NCBI GenBank assembly: GCA_040437565.1
Contig: JBDOQK010000013.1
Location: forward strand, 248,068-312,000
Source: Albugo candida
Lineage: Eukaryota
Reading direction: 5' to 3'
DNA: 63,933 nt
This document shows positions 63,359 through 63,933 of this stretch, one piece after another (within the stretch, counting starts at the first letter, position 1; each line of letters starts with the position of its first letter). A program made the translations under genes and the position numbers. The notes below the pieces were generated by a model, which made no database searches, was not told the origin of the DNA, and saw nothing but the letters and a program-made list of their open reading frames with translations.

Positions 63359-63933
63359 TATAACACTTGGAGTAACTCTCGCATTCCTCTTTTTTTCTCA
63401 CTCAGGTTCGCTTATGATTGTATGGATAGGCACATGCATTTGAAAGTATTTTAATTACGCATCCGCTTTCTAAGATTTTTTTTCATCTAATAAGAGCAAC
63501 TATTTCCGGTATGGACGAATTGAAATGCTACGATTAGGATCGGATTATGGGCTCTTGTTCATTTGGGCATGAAGACGCGAACAAATATGTAACCACAAGC
63601 GCAGTATCTTTGGTCCCGCAATATCGCATCTAATTAACGAAGCGTCCCGCGCTCGTCGATAATGGTCTAAGGCTCATGCGGCAGCTTGTCTATCATATCG
63701 TCTTTGGCTCCACAGCACGTAGGAGGTCATATGTGGTTGCTTACTCGTCATGCTCTGCTCATGGAAGAAAATGATTAGCATAAGCTTTCAAACTTCTCAT
63801 CAAGAAAGAATCTTCACTAGGGGATTGATCAGGAACCTTTATTCACGGCTACATAGGCTGAATTGCTATAGAATATTGCATCCAACCACGACCCTTTTCT
63901 GATTGTCAACATCTTCCTCATCAATTGTATGTT

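Overview
Gene-dense eukaryotic scaffold segment with short GT-AG introns and very small intergenic distances. It is most consistent with an oomycete (Albugo-like); that assignment is an inference. The window holds 17 fixed 100-N gaps, and most have identical sequence on both sides (unmerged contig overlaps), so many apparent tandem duplications are artefacts. About 21 protein-coding genes can be supported: RPA1, SIL1, a TLDc protein, RBBP4/MSI1, a PPCS-like gene, a SUN-domain protein, a stand-alone FAR1-domain protein, a beta-hydroxyacid dehydrogenase, a COPI-associated-like membrane protein, a CDP-alcohol phosphotransferase, a tail-anchored coiled-coil protein, DONSON, BCKDH E1-alpha, myotubularin, SYF1/XAB2, a VTI1 SNARE, HEATR6, coilin, HELLS/DDM1, anoctamin and several unknowns. 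Most notable: (1) two diverged inverted duplications in permuted order (X-YZ at 12.7-16.2 kb, X'-Z'Y' at 58.9-63.9 kb) bracket about 43 kb, the pattern expected from a staggered-break inversion or a circular-DNA intermediate; (2) a catalytically degenerate PPCS-like protein apparently fused to a CCHC zinc knuckle; (3) a 4-exon coiled-coil tail-anchored protein ending ...CRPLT, a candidate KASH-like partner about 7.5 kb from the SUN gene; (4) a 322-bp intergenic fold-back hairpin; (5) a myotubularin with a VPS13/ATG2-C-like Gly-rich insert in its PH-GRAM region. No rRNA, tRNA or CRISPR array was recognised.
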